A stretch of DNA of 58,737 bases, filler included, from Malassezia furfur (taxonomy: Eukaryota), in the NCBI GenBank assembly GCA_052055015.1. It is 3 parts of 3 records of this genome, joined end to end, with 100 filler letters (N's around TTAATTAATTAA, not from the genome) between each part and the next. Parts side by side here need not be neighbours in the genome. Positions count along the whole stretch, not along the records: positions 39,304 to 58,737 come from JBQJIT010000189.1; 2 more parts are not named here. One strand, 5' to 3'. Both the position numbers and the translations under genes were made by a program. Below the pieces are notes generated by a model, which worked only from the letters and a program-made list of their open reading frames with translations, was not told the DNA's origin and searched no databases. This document shows, in pieces, positions 54,264 through 58,737 of the stretch; within the stretch, counting starts at the first letter, position 1, and the number at the start of each line of letters is the position of its first letter.

Positions 54264-56146
54264 CTACGGCTGGCTAAGCAAAACGTCGCGCACACGCTGG
54301 TGGTTGGTGCGGAGCCTGGGTGAGTTGTGCATACGTACTTGAGGTTCTCCATCTCCAGCTCGCGGATACGCGTGTCGCGCTCGGCGATCTGCGCCTTGAG
54401 CTCCTCGATCTCTGCCGAGCTTGTTGAGTCCGGTGCGGCGGCGGTTGCGGCGGGGGCCGCCGGCGTGTCGTGCGAGGCCGGCTTGGCCTCGACGGCGTCA
54501 GCGGCGCGTGCGATGCTCTTTTCCTTGGCCTCGGCACGTGGCTCTGATGGCGACGGGTCGACCGACTTGGCTGGCGCCGTGGGCTCCGCAGCCTTGGGCA
54601 CCGCCTTGGGTTCCGCGGCAGGCTCCGCGGTAGGCACTGCGGCAGGCACTGCGGCAGGCTCGGTGGCAGGCACTGCAGTAGGCACTGCCTTGGGCTCCGC
54701 CTTGGGCTCTGCGGTCTGGGGCTCGGTCTTGGGCTCCACGGCCTTGGGTTCCACGGCCTTGGGCTCGGCCTTGGGCTCGGCCTTGGGCTCCGCAGCCACT
54801 GCCGCGGCCTTGGGAGCGGCCTCCCCAGCACCACCGGCCAGCGTGGGCGTCGCCGACTCGCTCGGCACGATCGATCGGTCCGCAAAGTCGAGCAGGTTCG
54901 GCGTGGCGGTCTTCTTCTGCACGAAGAATTCGTCGGCGCTCAGAGCCGGCTTGTCCGACGGCGCCAGCGGGAAAATATCCGCCTGGAACGTGTCGGCCTT
55001 GCGCGGCACGTAGAACGACACCGGCTGGATGAGGCTGTTGGTAACCTTGTACATGCGCGCGATCTCGTTGTCGTCCACGGACAGCGAACGGCGCGGCAGG
55101 AAGGCCATGCCACTCTGCGGCTCGACCGACTTGTACTCGGTAAGGTAGTGCAGTTCGTCGGACTCGAGCTCAAAGTAGCGAATGTTACCGTCGCCCTTGC
55201 CCGCCAGGAAGACGATGTTGTTGTCGCTCCAGAACGGCATCAGGATGCCGTTGCTGCTGTCTAGCGACACGGTCGTGATCGGCTTGGTGGGCTGAGTCAC
55301 GTCCCACAAGAAGACCTGGCGCTCCGACAGCTTACTGAAGCCCGAGGTGATCAGGCGCGGCTTGTCGCCGCACCACACGGCACGCGCGCCCTTGATTCCG
55401 CCGTGGCTGTCCACCGTGTGCACCGCTTTGGGCGTGCGCGTGTCAAACAGACGCAGTTTGCGGTCGCGGCACGTCGCGGCGATCGCACTGCCGGTCCAGT
55501 CGAACGTCATAGACTGGATCGCATCGCCGAAGCCGTCGAGCACGATCTGCGACTTCTGCTTCTCGACATCAAACAGCTTGATTGCATGGTCGCCCGTGGC
55601 TGCAGCAAGCACGTTGGCCGCCGTGGGGTGGAATTGCACATGGCCCACCCGACGCCGGCCGCCGGCAAAGGTCGCGACGGGCTTGATGTCCTCGGCGGTC
55701 GCCTCCTTGCTGTCGAGCCGCTCGACAATTTCGTCGGGCGACACCTTCCACACTGCGACCTGCGCATCGTCGCCGCCGCTCGCGATCACGTTGTCGTCAA
55801 ACGGACTGAACGAGGTGTTGAGCACCGCCGCGGTGTGCCCTCGGCACACAGGATACACATCCGGCAGCTTGCCGGGGCGCGATAGGGGAATCAGCGCAAA
55901 TGCGCCACCGCCGGATGCCTGCCAGTTCATCGCGAGGAACTGGCCATTGGCTTCGAGCAGGTTGGTGTCCCATGCCTGGGGTAAGTGTGCGCACGCACGT
56001 TGTTCGACACCTGCGTCAGTGGAGCAACGTACCTTGACATTGTCGTAGCAAACCTCCTTCTTGGCGGGGTTGCCATACACGTGGCTGCATCAGCCACGCC
56101 GCGCTACGTACCGATACTTGGACGACCGCACGAACCGCCTGCTCAT
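54264..56146 (-). CDS. CRN1: Coronin; introns 56085-56111, 56011-56032, 55976-55998, 54316-54338
   Basis: MSRRFVRSSKYRHVYG, WD40 repeats, GKGDGNIRYFE, VPRKADTFQADIFP, C-terminal coiled coil. Confidence 0.95.
54583..54812 (-). repeat. 12-15 bp coding minisatellite (AEPK/AVPT) in the coronin linker
   Basis: AEPKAEPKAEPKAVEPKAVEPKTEPQ...AVPTAVPA. Confidence 0.8.
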
Positions 56147-56528
56147 CGTGTCCCGTGGTGTTGGTATGGACGAACCCCTGAGGCCCCTGCGCGGCACACG
56201 CATATTTCCTCGTGTGCGTGGAGTCGCAACGTGCATACATCCTCGTGGCGAAGCGGTGCAGGGCCGGGGCAATCGTCCATTTAGTTGAATATACACGACG
56301 TCATAATGACCTATGGAGCCATGGGGTATGAGAGGCGGGCATCCGTTGAAGACGCTCCTGATTGCCACGGGCGGTGCGGGAGGAGAAGGTGGCGGGGAAG
56401 GGGGCGGCCGAAAAGACATAGTATTCAGAGGGCAGGGCGCGGCACAGCGGCGCGCACCCAGCACCCAGAAACGGTGCTGGCGGTCGTTGCAGGTAGTTCT
56501 AGTCCATCAAAGAATCCTCGATCGTAGT

Positions 56529-56702
56529 TTACTTGGCGCGCGCAGCGTTGTTCGAGAGGTTGTCCACCTGGCGCATCGTCGACACGGCGAGAATCTAGGT
56601 AAGGATCCGAACCGGGAAACATACATGGTAGACCACAATCAGGATCATGGCGCCGCTGCCGAGCATGTTCGAGATCGTCGTGAGCGCAGTGTCGGTGATC
56701 AT
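56529..56702 (-). CDS. OST4: Oligosaccharyltransferase subunit Ost4 (47 aa); intron 56595-56624
   Basis: MITDTALTTISNMLGSGAMILIVVYHILAV. Confidence 0.9.
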
Positions 56703-56858
56703 CGTAGCAAGAGATAGACAGGGCTAGTCGAGGGGCGCTAGTGACGTGCAGGCCGTCCAAATAAAAATTTTGCCGCGAGCCAAATCACGCAAGCGGTGCT
56801 TTGTCATGACGTCATACCTCCTAGGAAATCTACGAGCACGCAGGACAAGGCGCCTGTA

Positions 56859-57674
56859 CTACTCCTTTCGCCGCTTGCCGGTGGTCGACACCTTTTTGCG
56901 TGCGCCGGCGCCCGACTTGGCGCGCGCGCGATTCGCAGAACGCCGTATTTCGGCCTGTTGGTGGTTGCGCTCGCGCTGCCGATGCCGCTCTTCGGCACGC
57001 TCCGCGGCTGAGAGGTAGTGGTGCTCGCGCTTTGCCGGCGCCGGCGCGGCGGTCTCCGTAGCAATTATAGGCATAGCATTCGCGACCTCGGGCTCGAGAA
57101 TCGACGTGAGGCTCCCAGATGGGCGTGTGTAGGACGGCTTCTTTGGCTTGGCCGGCTCTGCGCGCGCCTCTTTCCGCGCGGCGCGGCGCGACGACGGCGG
57201 GAGTTCTTCGCGTGGCGCCGGTTTGGGCGCAGGCGCGGCCCAGTCGTCCACATCAAATTCCTGGACGGTGACGTGCGCGCGACGCTCGTCATTTTCAAAG
57301 TCGTGCTCCTCCTGCATGCGGACCTCCTCGTCGTCCGCCTCCTCGTCCGACAAGAGACCCAGCGCGCGACGCTCCGCGCGCACGTTCTCGGCGGCCTGCT
57401 CCTTGCGCGCCAGTGCAGCATCGCGCCGGCTCTGCCGGATCTCTTCACGGATTTTGGCCTGCTTGGCGTCGTGTGCATGCTGCCTGCGCTGTTGCTTGCG
57501 TTTCGAGAAGCCGGTGAGGTACTCGCGCCGTGCGTCCTCATCGAACGTGACGGTCTGTCGCTTCTCGAAGCGCCGCTTGGGCGGCGGCGGGCGCAATGGC
57601 GGTGCGCGCTTCTTGAGCACCGGCTTGCTCTTTTGTGCCGACTCGGTCAGCTGTTGCAGCGTGCTACCGGCCAT
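56859..57674 (-). CDS. RRP17: Nucleolar protein Rrp17/NOL12
   Basis: VTFDEDARREYLTGFSKRKQQRR. Confidence 0.85.
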   Translation of the reverse strand: MAGSTLQQLTESAQKSKPVLKKRAPPLRPPPPKRRFEKRQTVTFDEDARREYLTGFSKRKQQRRQHAHDAKQAKIREEIRQSRRDAALARKEQAAENVRAERRALGLLSDEEADDEEVRMQEEHDFENDERRAHVTVQEFDVDDWAAPAPKPAPREELPPSSRRAARKEARAEPAKPKKPSYTRPSGSLTSILEPEVANAMPIIATETAAPAPAKREHHYLSAAERAEERHRQRERNHQQAEIRRSANRARAKSGAGARKKVSTTGKRRKE

Positions 57675-57766
57675 GATGAAGCGTGCCTGCAAGCTGCGCG
57701 CAGGCACGCCCGATCACCCACCGCAAAAAAAGGCCCGATCGCGCCCAGACGCCGCCCCCCACCCTG

Positions 57767-58737
57767 ATGCGCGCGACGCCGACACAGGCGAAGCCGCGCG
57801 CGCCCGCGGTCTCGGGCCTGGGCCGCGGCGCCGTAGGCCAGGCACAGATCGCGGACAAGAGCGGGCGCATCACCGAGTACTGGTCGGAGGACGACAAGTG
57901 CCCTATCTGCAAGACGGACCGCTACCTGTCCCCTCGGCTGCGGTTGATGGTCAGTCCGTGCTACCACAAGATGTGTGAGTCGTGCATCGACCGGCTCTTT
58001 TCGCTGGGCCCTGCGGCATGCCCCGTGTGTGGCAAGATCGTGCGCAAGCAGCAGTTTAGTGCGCAAACGTTCCAGGACCTCGGCGTTGAGGAGGAGGTGG
58101 CCATCCGCCGGCGCGTCGCCAAGCTGTTCAACCGGCGCCCCGAAGACTTTCCGAGCCTCAAGGCCTACAACGACTATTTGGAAGAGTTTGAGGAGATCAC
58201 GTTCAACCTCGTCAACAAAGTCGACGTGGAGCATACGCAGCAGCGGCTCGCGCAATACGAGGCGCGCAATAAGGCCATCATCGCCGCACACCAGCAGCAG
58301 CGCGAGCACGAGTCCGAGCAGCAGCTGCAGGCCGACGAGGAGGCGCGGCATGAGCGCCAGGTGCGTGCGCAGCGCGTGCTTGCGGAGCAGAAGCTCGAGC
58401 AGGAGCAACGCGAGGAGGACGAGCGTGAGATGGTCGCGGCGCTCGCGAATGGACGCAGCATCGACGAGGTGATGCGCGACCGAGCCAAGCGACTCGAGGC
58501 GCGTGCACGCGATGCGCAGAAACGCGAGCGCGCCGAGCAGCAGCGCCTGCAAGAGTACGAGCGTGAGCGACAGGCGCGGCGGAATGCGGCGCCGAAGCCG
58601 CGGCAGACGGCCGCCGAGGCCGAGGTGGTGCGCGAGGCGACGCGCTCCGACTACGTAGGCGCCTTTGCGACGATCGACGACGGCGCGGCGCTGGCGCCCG
58701 TTCGTGCGGCACCCGCGTCGCTCGGCGGGCGGGGCGG
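57767..58737 (+). CDS. TFB3: TFIIH/CAK assembly factor Tfb3/MAT1 (runs off the window)
   Basis: CPICKTDRYLSPRLRLMVSPCYHKMCESCIDRLFSLGPAACPVC, YNDYLEEFEE. Confidence 0.93.
   Translation, partial: MRATPTQAKPRAPAVSGLGRGAVGQAQIADKSGRITEYWSEDDKCPICKTDRYLSPRLRLMVSPCYHKMCESCIDRLFSLGPAACPVCGKIVRKQQFSAQTFQDLGVEEEVAIRRRVAKLFNRRPEDFPSLKAYNDYLEEFEEITFNLVNKVDVEHTQQRLAQYEARNKAIIAAHQQQREHESEQQLQADEEARHERQVRAQRVLAEQKLEQEQREEDEREMVAALANGRSIDEVMRDRAKRLEARARDAQKRERAEQQRLQEYERERQARRNAAPKPRQTAAEAEVVREATRSDYVGAFATIDDGAALAPVRAAPASLGGRG

Noticed and set aside
1042..58737. Apparent frameshifts or pseudogenes in many genes, or programmed frameshifting
   Set aside because: Every break is bounded by GT...branch...AG and splicing restores conserved motifs

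Overview
Eukaryotic, extremely gene-dense fungal DNA. Gene content, GC level and tiny introns point to a Malassezia-like ustilaginomycotine yeast (inference). About 45 protein-coding genes are packed with intergenic gaps often 0-60 bp. They include a tandem trio of SDRs, an Fe-S L-serine dehydratase, Nup57, IMPase, a Rad51 paralog, DTD1, YJU2, YPK1, RPC19, PGM, SEN34, VPS34, ALG11, ETF-beta, HCS1, FRQ1, TRP4, DUS1, TEN1, REV7, ZPR1, MYG1, DPH5, coronin, OST4, RRP17 and TFB3. Splicing by hand gives about 66 GT-AG introns: about 64 are only 21-37 nt (mode 22 nt). The two exceptions are both exactly 133 nt and both lie in RPC19. Each carries a box C/D snoRNA-like element with an 18S rRNA antisense guide (snR57-like and snR41-like) whose D box ends exactly 34 nt from the 3' splice site. 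Several small spliced genes are fragmented or absent in the ORF track (TEN1, a BCL7-like protein, OST4). Two 100-nt N gaps with TTAATTAATTAA linkers are assembly artefacts. All family calls come from recalled motifs, not from database searches.
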